A DNA stretch of 64,000 nt. Origin: Candidatus Poribacteria bacterium (lineage in GTDB: Bacteria; Poribacteria; WGA-4E; GCA-2687025). The position numbers were made by a program, and so were the translations under genes. Shown one piece after another: positions 8,922 through 19,270 of this stretch. The notes beneath the pieces are model-generated. The model did no database searches. It was not told the origin of the DNA and saw only the letters and a list, made by a program, of their open reading frames with translations. The stretch's first letter is position 1. Each line of letters starts with the position of its first letter. The stretch is from contig OY762492.1 in the NCBI GenBank assembly GCA_963665845.2, positions 3,552,001 to 3,616,000 of the forward strand, in the 5' to 3' direction.

Positions 8922-11210
8922 GTGAGCATAAACAAAAAAAATACGGCGCGGCAGGCGGATCTGATCGGATCGCTTCTAGAGTCGGAGGCGGAGGGCAAGC
9001 CGCCCCGCTTTCTATTTGTGCGCGACCCGAATCGTCTGATGGATGGGGCGCTCTGGGCGCCGTTTCACGGACGAACCTACCGCCCTGTCTTTTTCAAACA
9101 TATCCTGTCCCTGCGCGACGCCCTAGAGGATCTGAAAGACGCCGAGGGGGAATTTCCGCTGGCGGTCGTCGTTCTGTCGGGGGAGCCGCCCAGCCTGCAG
9201 CCCGCCGCCGACCTGATCAGCCGCGCCGCCTTCGTCGACATCTCCCCGCTCAAAGCGCTGGAGCTTGCCGCGCCTGAACATGCATGGCCGGCGGGCGTCG
9301 ACCTGCTTCATGGCGCTGACTTCTGGAACGCGCTGCCCGGACTGATCGAACGGCGGGCGGCATGGGGAGGCGAAGTCCCCGCGTCTCAAACGCCCGCGAT
9401 GATCGCCGAGGCGTTTCTCGGCAGATCCCTGCGCGAACCGATGAGCGAAGAAGAAGCGATGGAACTGTGGCGCCAGACCGAAGAAGAGGATCGTCTCATC
9501 GGCTTTTTCACGCGCAACCGACCCGCCGCCGAGGCGGTTCAAACGGCGATCCAGCGCTGCGTCTCCATCGAACAGAAACTTGCCCGCGACCCCGACTTTG
9601 CCGCTTTCATCTGGACGACGCATTTTCTGCACAAATACGGCTCCAACCCGCGCCTGCTTCTTCCCCAGTTTTTCAACGCCGCCACATGGGCAAAATACTC
9701 CAACCATAGCCCGGAGGAGCTGTCCAACGTCTGCAGCGATATACTCCAAAACGACCCTGAACGCGCTATCTCCCATGTGCGCATCGCCGAACGCTCCCTC
9801 GCGCAGCTGCCCGAACGAGAGCAGCTTTTTTTCAACCTGATCGGCTTAGAAGGCGACAAGAAAACCGAGACAGCGCTCCGCATCGCCGCCGAGGAGACCG
9901 TCTCCGGCTACCTGACGGAGCGGTGCCTGCGCGTCCTGTTGCCGCGCGCGGTCGAAAGCCCAGGCTCCATCTCCAAAACGCGCTTGGCGAAACTGCGGCG
10001 CGTCTTGAACCAAACGCACCTAGGCGCCCGATACCCCGCCTACTACCGCAGCCTGAACGACGCCGCCGATCTGTTCATGTCGACGCTTCAGCTGTCGGAG
10101 CTGGTGGAGCAGTATTACGCCGAGAACTGGGAGGGACGCTTCAGAACTCTTGAGATTGAGCAGTGGATGGAGGAGCTGTATCCGCGTTGTTTGACGCCGA
10201 TGTCGCTGCTTCGGGACAAGCTGCAGGGGAGGCTGTCGCGCGGGGCGGCGATGCTGTCGGGCGCGCCGGAGGCGCTTCTGGAGGAGGCGGGGCGCATTTT
10301 GGAGGTGTGCGATCTCGCGTTTGCGTATGCGGTGGAGCGCGGCTATGTCCGTTGGATTTCGCGCAAGGCGCCGCCGCCCGCTTTGACGGTCGATTTTTTA
10401 GACGTGTTCTTCTTGCCGGAGTGGAAGCGGCTGAACGCGCGCTCTCGTATGCCGCTGGCGGTGATTTGTCTGTTTCAGGGGCTGCGCTGGGACGAGTGGG
10501 AGCTGATCGCGCCGGTTGTGTCGAAAGCGCTGCCGCGCCACCGCCTTGAATGGACGCGCCCGATGCTGGCGCTGCTGCCGACCAGCTGGAAGTACAACAC
10601 GAGCGCGCTTCTGCTCGGGCGGTTCCCGTCGATTGGCGATGCCGGCCCGCCGGGGCCGCTGCTGACAGACCGCCTTGCCGCCGAGTCGATCTATTCGGTG
10701 GAAACAACCGCGCCGCCGAATCTGCGTTTTCCTAAAATGACGCGCGGGGTCGTCCTGGCAAACATTGTCTTGAGAGGCGCCGGACCGATGAAACGCAGGG
10801 GCGCCGGCGATTCGCGCGCCGAGCTGCTGCAGGCGGCGGAGGAACAGCTCGACTCCTTTTTAAAAAAGATACCGCCGAGAGCCGTTGTGATGGCTGTCTC
10901 AAACGGCGGGACATGCGAAGCGGAGCAGCCGGTGTTTCTGGCAGATCAAACGCTAAACGAAATACATTCGCGGTGGATCGGCAGTACATCCATAGCGGAC
11001 CGCGATTCGCGCATCTCCTTCGCGGCGTATTTCAACTCGGAGGCGATTCGTTTTCCAAATCCGAACACGCCGCAGTGCGCCTTTGCGCATCCAGGGTACT
11101 ATTTTTCAACAGGCGCGGATGAGCAGGAAGGTTTTCAAAGCGGCGGCGTCTCCTTAGGCGAGATGATCGTCCCATGCGCGCTCTTCCGTTCAAAGCGCGC
11201 CGCTTCCTAG
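8922..11210 (+). CDS. PglZ/PorX-like alkaline-phosphatase-fold protein with degenerate metal-binding motifs
   Basis: C-terminal motifs FQGLRWDEW, ALLPTSWKYNTSALLLG, MAVSNGG and FQSGGVSLGEMIVP align with PglZ-type DxLRxDxW, LPT, TxDHG and HGGxSxxEMxxP; long helical N-terminus. Confidence 0.7.
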   Translation: MSINKKNTARQADLIGSLLESEAEGKPPRFLFVRDPNRLMDGALWAPFHGRTYRPVFFKHILSLRDALEDLKDAEGEFPLAVVVLSGEPPSLQPAADLISRAAFVDISPLKALELAAPEHAWPAGVDLLHGADFWNALPGLIERRAAWGGEVPASQTPAMIAEAFLGRSLREPMSEEEAMELWRQTEEEDRLIGFFTRNRPAAEAVQTAIQRCVSIEQKLARDPDFAAFIWTTHFLHKYGSNPRLLLPQFFNAATWAKYSNHSPEELSNVCSDILQNDPERAISHVRIAERSLAQLPEREQLFFNLIGLEGDKKTETALRIAAEETVSGYLTERCLRVLLPRAVESPGSISKTRLAKLRRVLNQTHLGARYPAYYRSLNDAADLFMSTLQLSELVEQYYAENWEGRFRTLEIEQWMEELYPRCLTPMSLLRDKLQGRLSRGAAMLSGAPEALLEEAGRILEVCDLAFAYAVERGYVRWISRKAPPPALTVDFLDVFFLPEWKRLNARSRMPLAVICLFQGLRWDEWELIAPVVSKALPRHRLEWTRPMLALLPTSWKYNTSALLLGRFPSIGDAGPPGPLLTDRLAAESIYSVETTAPPNLRFPKMTRGVVLANIVLRGAGPMKRRGAGDSRAELLQAAEEQLDSFLKKIPPRAVVMAVSNGGTCEAEQPVFLADQTLNEIHSRWIGSTSIADRDSRISFAAYFNSEAIRFPNPNTPQCAFAHPGYYFSTGADEQEGFQSGGVSLGEMIVPCALFRSKRAAS

Positions 11211-11227
11211 TAGGGCAAGGGTTACTA

Positions 11228-11569
11228 CTGACCTTACGTCTCTTAAGTTGGGACATGTCGGAATGCAACGCGGACGTCTTCTGCGGCGCCTCTAGATTCC
11301 CGCTTACGCGGGAATGACGACCTGGTCGGCGGCGCCTTTTTCCCATGAATAGCGCGGTCATTCGTTCAAATGTCCCGACTTTCAGCATGAGGTCAGGTTT
11401 CTATGAGATTACGTCATTAGTTGGGACATGTCGGCGGGTGAACGCGGACGGTTTCTGCGGCGCCTCTAGATTCCCGCTTACGCGGGAATGACGGTCTGGT
11501 TGGCGGCGCCTTTTTCCATGAATAGAGCGATGGTCGGTTCAAATGTCCCAACTTTACGCATGAGGTCAG
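11228..11569. mobile_element. Two tandem ~170-bp MITE-like elements (family D), each carrying an internal ATTCCCGC..GCGGGAAT palindrome
   Basis: Imperfect terminal inverted repeats CTGACCTTACGT...AGTTGGGACAT / ATGTCCC.ACTTT..GCATGAGGTCAG; copies at 11228-11396 and about 11400-11569. Confidence 0.7.
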
Positions 11570-11572
11570 CGG

Positions 11573-11880
11573 GTAGTACGCTCATACGGGGATACTTGCG
11601 GCGCCGCGTCCGATTTCCCCTTAAAAAGAGGGTTAGGGGGTTTAAAAGGCGGCTGCATGCCTTAAGATTCCCGCTTGCGCGGGAATGACGAACTGGGGAG
11701 CGCAGGTTGCGCTTGGTTTTGAACTAGGATTTTCAGGATTTTGAGATGCGGGCATGTCAACGGTAGCGTGTCGGTTTTCGGGAACTTTCCTGGCAATCTT
11801 TTCAATCATGCAAATCTTAGTTCAGACGATAACTGCGAGGGCTGCAGCGGCTAAGATTCCTGCTTGCGCGGGAATGACGA
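11573..11880. repeat. Composite palindromic repeat cluster between convergent genes
   Basis: GTAGTACGCTCATACGGGGATA, CCCCTTAAAAAGAGGG, GATTCCCGCTTGCGCGGGAATGAC x2 and a GAACTAGGAT..CTTAGTTC hairpin. Confidence 0.8.
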
Positions 11881-11896
11881 AAGAAAAGGCGTACGG

Positions 11897-13120
11897 CTAA
11901 AAGTTATCCCGCGAATGCCAAACATACTGCCGCCGTGGAAAGAGACTCTTCACCGCCTCCCGCGCCTCGTCGGAGACGCCGAACGGGAGAGCCGTTTCAA
12001 CAGGCAGCTGCCCCAGCGCCAGATCGACCGCCTCGGCATGCGTCAACTTTAACCGTATCGACGGCTCGCGCTCGTCAGACGGGTCAACAGCCTCCACGGA
12101 TCCGCCGTCGATTTTCAGCTCAACAGGCTCCGCCAGCTCCGCCTCAATGCGTATTCGTTTCACGGCGTCAACGCCCCATTCCGACGCGGCGCCGTTTTGG
12201 AGGCGCTCCGCCATGCCGGGCGCCAACTTTTCCAGCAAACTTTTCAGGTTGACGATGCGGAACATGAGCCAGCGCAGCGGCTCCTCCTGAAACGCGAATC
12301 CGCGCCCCTCCAGCCCGCGCCGCAGCGTCAAAGCCCCTGGCATGACGCGCGTCTGCTCCCGTCCGCGCAGCGCCTCAACAGCGAGCGCTACAGCCGCCGC
12401 GCGCCCGCCCTGAACATACGCCGTCTCCTCCAGCATGCCGTCTCCAGAATGGCGCAGATACGCGACCATCCGCCCGTTTTCATACGCCGCTGTGAACTGC
12501 TGCTCCTCAAACGGACGCCAGCGCACATGCCGCAGCCAGTACGCTTCGGAGCGCTGTATCGGTCCGGTCGCGCCGCGGTTGAACTGGTCATACAGCCGCA
12601 TCAGCTTCGGCAGCTCCTCGGGCCAGCGCACAGGGCGCCGTTCTCCCGCGCCGTCGTTTGCCAGCCCCTGCGGGACCGACGCGGTCAACGCGCTCGCATG
12701 CTCAAAGACGCGCCAGCCCGCCCGCCCGTAGTAGTCATGGATGCCGGTGAACAGCAGCGACAGATCGTAACCTTCCCGCTCCATAAAGCGCAGGGCGTCT
12801 TGGAGCGCCAGCGTTCCAAACCCGCGCCGGCGAAACTGCGGAAGCGTGCCGACGCTGCCGATGCCGCCCATCTTGACCGGAACGCCGCCGATGAACATCT
12901 CCCGCTCAAAGATCTGAACGACCGAGACGATGCGTCCGTTGAAGAGAACGATGCGCGAGTTTTCAGGGCGGAAGTACGGGTCTTCTTTATGGATGCGCGC
13001 GAAGAAGTCGGTCATATGGGCGGCGCGCTGGGCGTCTTTTCCGCCGAACGCCGCGCCGCAGCATTCAATCGCCCTGTCCACCTCGTCGGGTCGGGCGCCT
13101 CTCGCCTCGGCTGCGCTCAT
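11897..13120 (-). CDS. Eis-like GNAT N-acetyltransferase
   Basis: GGIGSVGTLPQFRRRGFG acetyl-CoA motif, YYGRAGW, C-terminal SCP2-like region ending DNF; ATGA overlap with the upstream gene sets the start at 13120. Confidence 0.85.
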   Translation of the reverse strand: MSAAEARGARPDEVDRAIECCGAAFGGKDAQRAAHMTDFFARIHKEDPYFRPENSRIVLFNGRIVSVVQIFEREMFIGGVPVKMGGIGSVGTLPQFRRRGFGTLALQDALRFMEREGYDLSLLFTGIHDYYGRAGWRVFEHASALTASVPQGLANDGAGERRPVRWPEELPKLMRLYDQFNRGATGPIQRSEAYWLRHVRWRPFEEQQFTAAYENGRMVAYLRHSGDGMLEETAYVQGGRAAAVALAVEALRGREQTRVMPGALTLRRGLEGRGFAFQEEPLRWLMFRIVNLKSLLEKLAPGMAERLQNGAASEWGVDAVKRIRIEAELAEPVELKIDGGSVEAVDPSDEREPSIRLKLTHAEAVDLALGQLPVETALPFGVSDEAREAVKSLFPRRQYVWHSRDNF

Positions 13121-13974
13121 CTGCGCCGCTCCGAATGCAGATCGATCGGCTCGCCCGCGCTCCATTTTGGAAAATGGCTCGGCGGGATATATTCAAACAG
13201 CTCGTCGTCCTGCGGGTACGGGTTCTCCTTGCGCTCATGAAGCGCGTATTGGTACAGCCGCGCCCGCCGCTGCATCGTCTCTTCGTTGAACCACCGATAC
13301 CGCTCGTTCCAGCTCCATGCGCGGTTGTCAAAATAGACGACGCGGCGCAGATCGCTGGAGCGGTTCCGGTCGCTGCCGTGAAGAACCTTCACATGATGCA
13401 GCAGGACGTCGCCCGGTTCCATCTCGGCGGGAACGGCCCCGGCGGCTTCCATCGCCCGAAAATCCTCCCGCCCCTTGCGTATCCATTCAACCGCCTTTTG
13501 CGGCTCCCACAGATGGCTCCCCGGGACGCACCAGACGCAGCTGTTCTCGACGTTCGAGACGTCTGGATAGATGTCGATGTTGAAGATGCGCTCATCGCCG
13601 TCCACCGGGTTGCCGTCGCGGTGCCACGGAACGGAGGAGCCGTTGCCCGGCAGTTTAAACACAAGCGACTCGTAGCATGGCACAAAGTCTTGACCGACCA
13701 TGCGCGTCAGCAGGTCGCCGATGAACGGATGCGCCAGCAGCCGCAGCGAAAAGTTGTTCGGATGAACATGCAGATAGGTCAAATAGTACGGGACGCCCTC
13801 CGGCCCGCGCATGCACATCCGATTCTCCTGCGTCTCCTCCTGTTGTATCCGTTCAATGAGCCGCTGCGATTCGCGCTGAAAGTTGCCCAGCTCGTCCGCG
13901 TTCAGCACATTCTTGCAGATCACAAACCCGTTCTCGTCAAAAAAACGTATCTCATCGTCCGTTATTTTGCGCAT
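13117..13974 (-). CDS. Phytanoyl-CoA dioxygenase (PhyH) family protein
   Basis: FFDENGFVI, VPWHRD (HxD), VPGSH, GDVLLHH..LHGS..N.S...RR; start MRKITDDE at 13974. Confidence 0.9.
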   Translation of the reverse strand: MRKITDDEIRFFDENGFVICKNVLNADELGNFQRESQRLIERIQQEETQENRMCMRGPEGVPYYLTYLHVHPNNFSLRLLAHPFIGDLLTRMVGQDFVPCYESLVFKLPGNGSSVPWHRDGNPVDGDERIFNIDIYPDVSNVENSCVWCVPGSHLWEPQKAVEWIRKGREDFRAMEAAGAVPAEMEPGDVLLHHVKVLHGSDRNRSSDLRRVVYFDNRAWSWNERYRWFNEETMQRRARLYQYALHERKENPYPQDDELFEYIPPSHFPKWSAGEPIDLHSERRR

Positions 13975-13982
13975 GCCGTTCC

Positions 13983-15104
13983 TTACCGTTGAGACGCCTG
14001 TAAACATTCCGCGAAGATGCCGACCCCTTCCCGTATCTCGTCTAGAGACGGATAGGCGAACGAAAAGCGCACATAGGGGATGTCCACCCCTGCCGCATGA
14101 AACGCCTGCCCGCGCGTGCAATACACATGCCGCGCCTCAAGCCGCGCCATGAGCCGCCCCATGTCGGTCCGGTCGGGAACCTTCACCCATGCGAACAACC
14201 CGCCTTTCGGCGGCTTGCAGTGGACGCTGCCGCCCAGCTCCGTCTCCAGCGCTTCGATGAGTACATCCCGCTTCTGCTGAACGATCTTGTTCGTTTTGCG
14301 TATGTGTTCCCACATATGCTCTTTCAGAAATTCGGCGAGGATGACGCTGGCGAAGGCGCTCGTTCCGCCGTCCCAGCGCCAGCGCATCACATGGCGCATG
14401 ACGCCCGGCGGCGCGATCATATACCCAAGGCGCATTCCCGGCCCGATCGTTTTGGAGAAGGTGCCGGCGTATGCGACGCGCCCCGCCGGCGCCTCGGCGT
14501 AAAGCGCGCGGGGCGGATTCTCGTCAAAATAGATGTCGCCGTAACATTCATCCTCTAAAATCAGGACATCATGCTCCTCCGCCAGCTGAATGAGACGCTG
14601 TTTGCGTTCGGCGGACAGATGCATGCCGGTCGGGTTATGGTTCACCGGCACTGTGTTGATGAGCGCCGGTCGTACGCCTTGCCGACGCAGCTGGTCAAGT
14701 ATCTCGGCGAGCGCGTCCGTATCCATTCCGTTTTCATCCACGGGGACGCCGACGATCCGCGCGTCAAGATGGCGCAGGATGCCGAGCGTTCCCATGTAGG
14801 TCAGCTCCTCCGTCAAGACGACGCCGCCCGGCGGGACATAGGCGCGTATGATCAGATCCAGCGCCTGCATCGACCCGTTTGTTATGGCGACCTCTTCGGG
14901 GGAGGCGCCGCCGCGGTTCGCGTCATTGAAACGGCGCGCCGCCATTTCGCGCAGCGCCGCGTTTCCCTGATCGCCGGGATACCGCACAAACAGCTCCCCG
15001 CCTTCGCCCAGAATTGCCTTTTGCGCCGCCTCCGCCAGCTTCTCCGCCGGGAACGACGCGGGATCGGGCATCCCGCCTGTGAACATATAACCTTGACGCT
15101 TCAT
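13983..15104 (-). CDS. PLP-dependent aminotransferase class I/II (LysN/2-aminoadipate transaminase-like)
   Basis: GGMPDPASFP, TNGSMQALD, HNPTG, EDECY, GTFSKTIGPGMRLG. Confidence 0.9.
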   Translation of the reverse strand: MKRQGYMFTGGMPDPASFPAEKLAEAAQKAILGEGGELFVRYPGDQGNAALREMAARRFNDANRGGASPEEVAITNGSMQALDLIIRAYVPPGGVVLTEELTYMGTLGILRHLDARIVGVPVDENGMDTDALAEILDQLRRQGVRPALINTVPVNHNPTGMHLSAERKQRLIQLAEEHDVLILEDECYGDIYFDENPPRALYAEAPAGRVAYAGTFSKTIGPGMRLGYMIAPPGVMRHVMRWRWDGGTSAFASVILAEFLKEHMWEHIRKTNKIVQQKRDVLIEALETELGGSVHCKPPKGGLFAWVKVPDRTDMGRLMARLEARHVYCTRGQAFHAAGVDIPYVRFSFAYPSLDEIREGVGIFAECLQASQR

Positions 15105-15140
15105 GCCGTCCCCTCCCGCTTGAGCGCTCCCCGAACGTAC

Positions 15141-16151
15141 TTAAAACGAATCCATGTCGATGATCTCGCCGGTATCGGAGGACTGGTAGATCGCGTTGAA
15201 GATGGCGACCGATTTGCGCCCTTCGCGCCCGTCCACCTGAGGCGTTTTGCCGTCCCGGATGGCGCCGACCATGTCCTCAATGATGTTGCGGGGCAGGTTC
15301 TCCCCGGCGTCGATATCGTTGATGGACGACTCCTTTTCTCCCTCAATTTCATACCGAACCAGGTTGGAGCCGTCCAACGTGATCGTGCCGTTGCTGCCGC
15401 TGATCTCAATCGCTGTGCCGAGGTTCGGGTAGCTGCATGTGGTCGTCTGGATGACGCCGAACGCGCCGTTTTTGAAGGTGAGCAGCCCGGCGCTGCAGTC
15501 CTCCGTGTCGATCTCGTGGGCGAAGGTTCCGCGCCTGCCTTGAACCGTCTGGACGGGTCCCATGAGCCACTGGAGCAGGTCGATGGAATGGACGCCCTGA
15601 TTGGCGGCGGAGCCTCCTTCCGTGTCGCGACGGCTTCTCCAGCCGGGCGGCCAGCCGCCGTCGTAGTAGGACTGCGTCCGGTACCATTTCATGCGCAGGT
15701 CGCCGAGAACAATGCGCCCGATCTTGCCGCTCTGGACCGCTTCGCGGACGCGGTGAAAAAGGCGCGTGTAGCGCATGCCGAAATCGACAGCGAGTATTTT
15801 GCCGGCGTCATCCTGCGCGGCGATCGCCTTGTCGCACGCTTCCAGCGAGACATCCATCGGCTTGGTGGTGAAGGCATGCTTGCCCGCTTCCAGCGCTTCC
15901 CTGGCGAACCTGCAATGCGTTCCGCTGGGCGTGAAGACGCCGATCGCGTCGATGTCGTCTCGGTTGAACATCGCTTGATAGTCGGTTGTCCATTCGCAAT
16001 CGAGCTCGGCGGCGCGCTGCTTCACCTTGCTTTCCTGTAGGTCGCACACAACGACCAGGTCGGCTCCGTCGGCTTGCGCCGCCATCTTGGCGCGCGACGA
16101 CCCGACGCCCAGCCCCATGATTCCAAAACGCGCGTTTTCTTGATTCGCCAT
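15141..16151 (-). CDS. Gfo/Idh/MocA family oxidoreductase
   Basis: GIMGLG, TPSGTH, AGKHAFTTKPM, GG...NQGVHSIDL; ATG 16151 behind GGAGA. Confidence 0.9.
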   Translation of the reverse strand: MANQENARFGIMGLGVGSSRAKMAAQADGADLVVVCDLQESKVKQRAAELDCEWTTDYQAMFNRDDIDAIGVFTPSGTHCRFAREALEAGKHAFTTKPMDVSLEACDKAIAAQDDAGKILAVDFGMRYTRLFHRVREAVQSGKIGRIVLGDLRMKWYRTQSYYDGGWPPGWRSRRDTEGGSAANQGVHSIDLLQWLMGPVQTVQGRRGTFAHEIDTEDCSAGLLTFKNGAFGVIQTTTCSYPNLGTAIEISGSNGTITLDGSNLVRYEIEGEKESSINDIDAGENLPRNIIEDMVGAIRDGKTPQVDGREGRKSVAIFNAIYQSSDTGEIIDMDSF

Positions 16152-16288
16152 ACTGTTCTCCACGTTCACTAGGCTTGCGTATGTTGAAGCGTATTCTAAC
16201 GCTCTTTGCGGCGCGGCGCAACATGATCACGGCGGGTACGCCCATGCGGAGAACTTCGTGTACACCTTAAAGCGTCCGCCCGCCGATA

Positions 16289-16447
16289 GTCATTCCCGCG
16301 CAAGCGGGAATCTTAGCCGCCGTCTGAACTAGGATTGAAAAGATCGATATTCTTGGCAATCTTTGAATCCTTTCATCCTAGTTCAAAGACTCTGCAGCCG
16401 GCGCTTCATCCGATGAAACGCCATCGCCGCAAATATCTCCGTATGAG
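16289..16447. repeat. Palindromic repeat cluster (GTCATTCCCGCGCAAGCGGGAATC, short GAACTAGGAT..ATCCTAGTTC hairpin, TATCTCCGTATGAGCG)
   Basis: Seen directly; same families as elsewhere in the window. Confidence 0.8.
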
Positions 16448-16551
16448 CGCGGCGTCGTCGAACGGTCATGGTTGACATAAAGACCAGCATGGTTTACGCT
16501 ATGGAAACAAGGCGCGTTAAACTGACGCGCGCCAAACGCAAGGAGACAGGC

Positions 16552-16947
16552 ATGACGCGATCGCGAACGGGTACGACCTTGGTATTTCTTGCGCTGGGCG
16601 TATGCTCTATATTGACAATAACGGCGTTGGCTGTTACTCAATCCGTTGCCAAGGATCTTCTGCGATCCGAAGACGGAAGCGTGGTTGCTGGAACCATGCT
16701 CGCCGCCAAGTCCGACATTGACGGCATAGAAACCGACATTCAGAAATTGGATCGCCGACTGGATAATCTGGAAAAAGCGATCGTCAAGATTCAGACATGG
16801 GGAGTGGTCCTGGGTTTCCTTATCACGCTTGGAACGCCGTTTTTGACGGTGTACTTAAATCGAAAACTCGGAACGCCGGATACTCTGGTTCAGGATGATC
16901 AGGGAAGACTCTTTCTGACGCTCGCAAAAAAGAAGAGAGCGGAATGA
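16552..16947 (+). CDS. Hypothetical membrane protein (signal/TM - coiled coil - TM)
   Basis: AGGAG RBS before ATG 16552; heptad pattern IDGIETDIQKLDRRLDNLEKAI, then a hydrophobic helix. Confidence 0.6.
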   Translation: MTRSRTGTTLVFLALGVCSILTITALAVTQSVAKDLLRSEDGSVVAGTMLAAKSDIDGIETDIQKLDRRLDNLEKAIVKIQTWGVVLGFLITLGTPFLTVYLNRKLGTPDTLVQDDQGRLFLTLAKKKRAE

Positions 16948-17115
16948 AAGATTTCACACCGCGCCAACCGTGAGAGTCATTCTTCAACACATGGCGAATA
17001 AAACCGCCGGCGTAAGCGACCGGCTAGACGCCGCTAACAAATGAGAGACGCCGGCGGCTGTGTGATTCATAAATGTTAAAGCGCGCATCCATCGGCGGAG
17101 AAGGAGAACATTCAG

Positions 17116-17940
17116 ATGGCAAAACGCGGCTACTGCCTCAACACCAGCACAATACGCAATTGCGGCTTAAGCCCGATAGAAGAGATACAGCTGGCGGCTC
17201 AAATCGGCTACGACGGCATCGAGCTCTGGACGGCGGAAATCTTCCGTCATCTGTCGGGCGGCGGCTCTCTAGACGATCTGCGCGCCGCGATGGAGTCGAA
17301 CGGCGTCCAGGCGGTGAACCTGATCGCCTTTTTCGCATGGGCGGAACCGGATAAGATAGAACGGGAAGCGGCTTTGGAGGAGGCGCGCGTCGTCTTTGAG
17401 ATGGCGGCCGCCCTGAATTGCCGGTATGTTGCCGCGCCGCCCGCCGGCGTCCGCGAGATGAGCATCCCCGCCGCCGATCTCGCCCCCCGTTACGCCGCCC
17501 TCCAAAAAGCGACCGAGGACACGGGCGTTCTGCCGCTCTTGGAGTTCTGGGGCGGCGCGTCCACGCTCGGTACCCTTCAAGACGCGCTGGACGTCCTGGA
17601 CGCGCTCGGCGACCCTGACGCGCGCATGCTGGCGGATGTGTTTCATATGTCCAAATCGCCCGGCAGCGAGGCGCTGCTGAGCGGCTTGCGCGGGGAGCAG
17701 CTGGGGCTGTTCCATGTGAACGACTATCCGAAGGCGGACGATCCGATGTCGCTCAACGACAGCGACCGCGTCTATCCTGGGGACGGCTGCGCCCCCATCG
17801 CTGACATCGTCCGCCGTTTAGACGAGATCGGATACGCCGGCATGTGGTCGCTGGAGCTGTTCAATGAATCGTATGAGGAGAACGGCGCTGAACATGCGGC
17901 GCGCGTCGGTTTAGAAAAGACGCGCCGCGTTTTTAGTTGA
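17116..17940 (+). CDS. Sugar phosphate isomerase/epimerase (xylose-isomerase-like TIM barrel)
   Basis: GYDGIELW, LEF, DVFH, FHVND, R..PGDG, GY.G..SLELF. Confidence 0.9.
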   Translation: MAKRGYCLNTSTIRNCGLSPIEEIQLAAQIGYDGIELWTAEIFRHLSGGGSLDDLRAAMESNGVQAVNLIAFFAWAEPDKIEREAALEEARVVFEMAAALNCRYVAAPPAGVREMSIPAADLAPRYAALQKATEDTGVLPLLEFWGGASTLGTLQDALDVLDALGDPDARMLADVFHMSKSPGSEALLSGLRGEQLGLFHVNDYPKADDPMSLNDSDRVYPGDGCAPIADIVRRLDEIGYAGMWSLELFNESYEENGAEHAARVGLEKTRRVFS

Positions 17941-17975
17941 GTTTTCATTACAGGTTGACCGAGAGAGGATATGGA

Positions 17976-19037
17976 ATGTCAACGTTTAAAGTGGGCGTCA
18001 TCGGCGCGGGCGGAATCGTCGCCCGCCTCCATCTGCCCGACCTGGCGCGCAACGGCGCTTTTGAAGTCAAGCTGGTCAGCGGGCGCAAAAAGCATCGCCT
18101 AGAGCATCTGTGCGATCGGTTCGACATCCCGCGTTACACGACCGACTATGAGGCGGTCGTTGCGGACGATTCGATAGACGGCATCGTCATCGGGACGCCG
18201 CATCCGCTGCATGTCCCATGGGGGCTGAAGGCGCTTGCGGCGGGAAAGCATGTCCTGATGCAGAAACCGCTGACGGGCGAGATGGACGAAGCGAACGCCT
18301 TTGTGGAGGCGGTGGAGGGTACCGACCGAACGGCGCTCTGCATGCCGCATTACGGCAACGATGTCTACACGCTGCGCAAGGTGTGCAAAAGCGGCGCCAT
18401 CGGCAGAATCTCCGGCGCTCGTTTTCGGACCAGCCATGGCGGACCCGAAATCTATTACGCCGAGATACGCGATATTTTTGGCGAAAAAGATGAAGACCTG
18501 TGGTTCTTTGACGCCCAACGCGCCAGCGTCGGCGCCCTGTTCGATATGGGCGTCTACTCCGTCTCGCAGTGCGTCGGCATCTTAGGGACGATGAAAAGCG
18601 TCTCGGCGGTCGTAACAACCTTCGACAAGCCGACGGAGCTGGAGGACAACGCGACGCTCGTCATGGAGACGGCGGAGGGCGGCATCGTTTCATGCGAGAC
18701 CAGCTGGTGCGACCCCGCCCGAACAGGCGAGTATTCGATTCATGGGACGGCGGGCAAATTGACAAAACCGGGGCGGGACGGCGCCGCCGTGACGATGTGG
18801 ACGCCCACCTCCTACACGCGCGAATCAGCCCCGCCGAAGCTGACGCCGGTGGAGCTGAACGAAGGCGTCGGGGGGCTGCATCAGCACTGGCTCGACTGCG
18901 TCCGCGAGGGAAAGCAGCCGCCGCTGGAAAACGCTTGGACGGCGCGGCATATCACGGAGATCATGCTCGCCGGGCTGGAAGCGGGCAAAACAGGGCGGCG
19001 CGTTGAGTTGACGACGACAGCGGACAGCCCCGTTTAA
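17976..19037 (+). CDS. Gfo/Idh/MocA family oxidoreductase
   Basis: KVGVIGAGGI, TPHPLH, AGKHVLMQKP, GALFDMGVY. Confidence 0.9.
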   Translation: MSTFKVGVIGAGGIVARLHLPDLARNGAFEVKLVSGRKKHRLEHLCDRFDIPRYTTDYEAVVADDSIDGIVIGTPHPLHVPWGLKALAAGKHVLMQKPLTGEMDEANAFVEAVEGTDRTALCMPHYGNDVYTLRKVCKSGAIGRISGARFRTSHGGPEIYYAEIRDIFGEKDEDLWFFDAQRASVGALFDMGVYSVSQCVGILGTMKSVSAVVTTFDKPTELEDNATLVMETAEGGIVSCETSWCDPARTGEYSIHGTAGKLTKPGRDGAAVTMWTPTSYTRESAPPKLTPVELNEGVGGLHQHWLDCVREGKQPPLENAWTARHITEIMLAGLEAGKTGRRVELTTTADSPV

Positions 19038-19270
19038 ACAACTCGATGGCAGTACGCCCATGCAGCGATCGTCATATTTGCGGCAGCGGCGAGAGCAATC
19101 GAAGCCTCAAGCATCCAGAGGCTCCGCGTAAGGCCCTTGGCGCCCGACGAAGAAGGTCTCCGCATGGGCGTACTGCCAAAACCCGCGCCGATTTGCGCAA
19201 AAGAGGCGGTATGCGCTATCATGTTTAACGCAGGCAGAAACGCCCAAGACGAACGCAGAGGGACAGCGGC

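Noticed and set aside
8922-11210. BREX system
   Set aside because: No brxA, brxB, brxC, brxL or pglX neighbours; the gene is isolated
8840-11396. Composite transposon carrying the PglZ-like gene
   Set aside because: The flanking MITE ends point toward the gene rather than enclosing it, and no target duplication is visible
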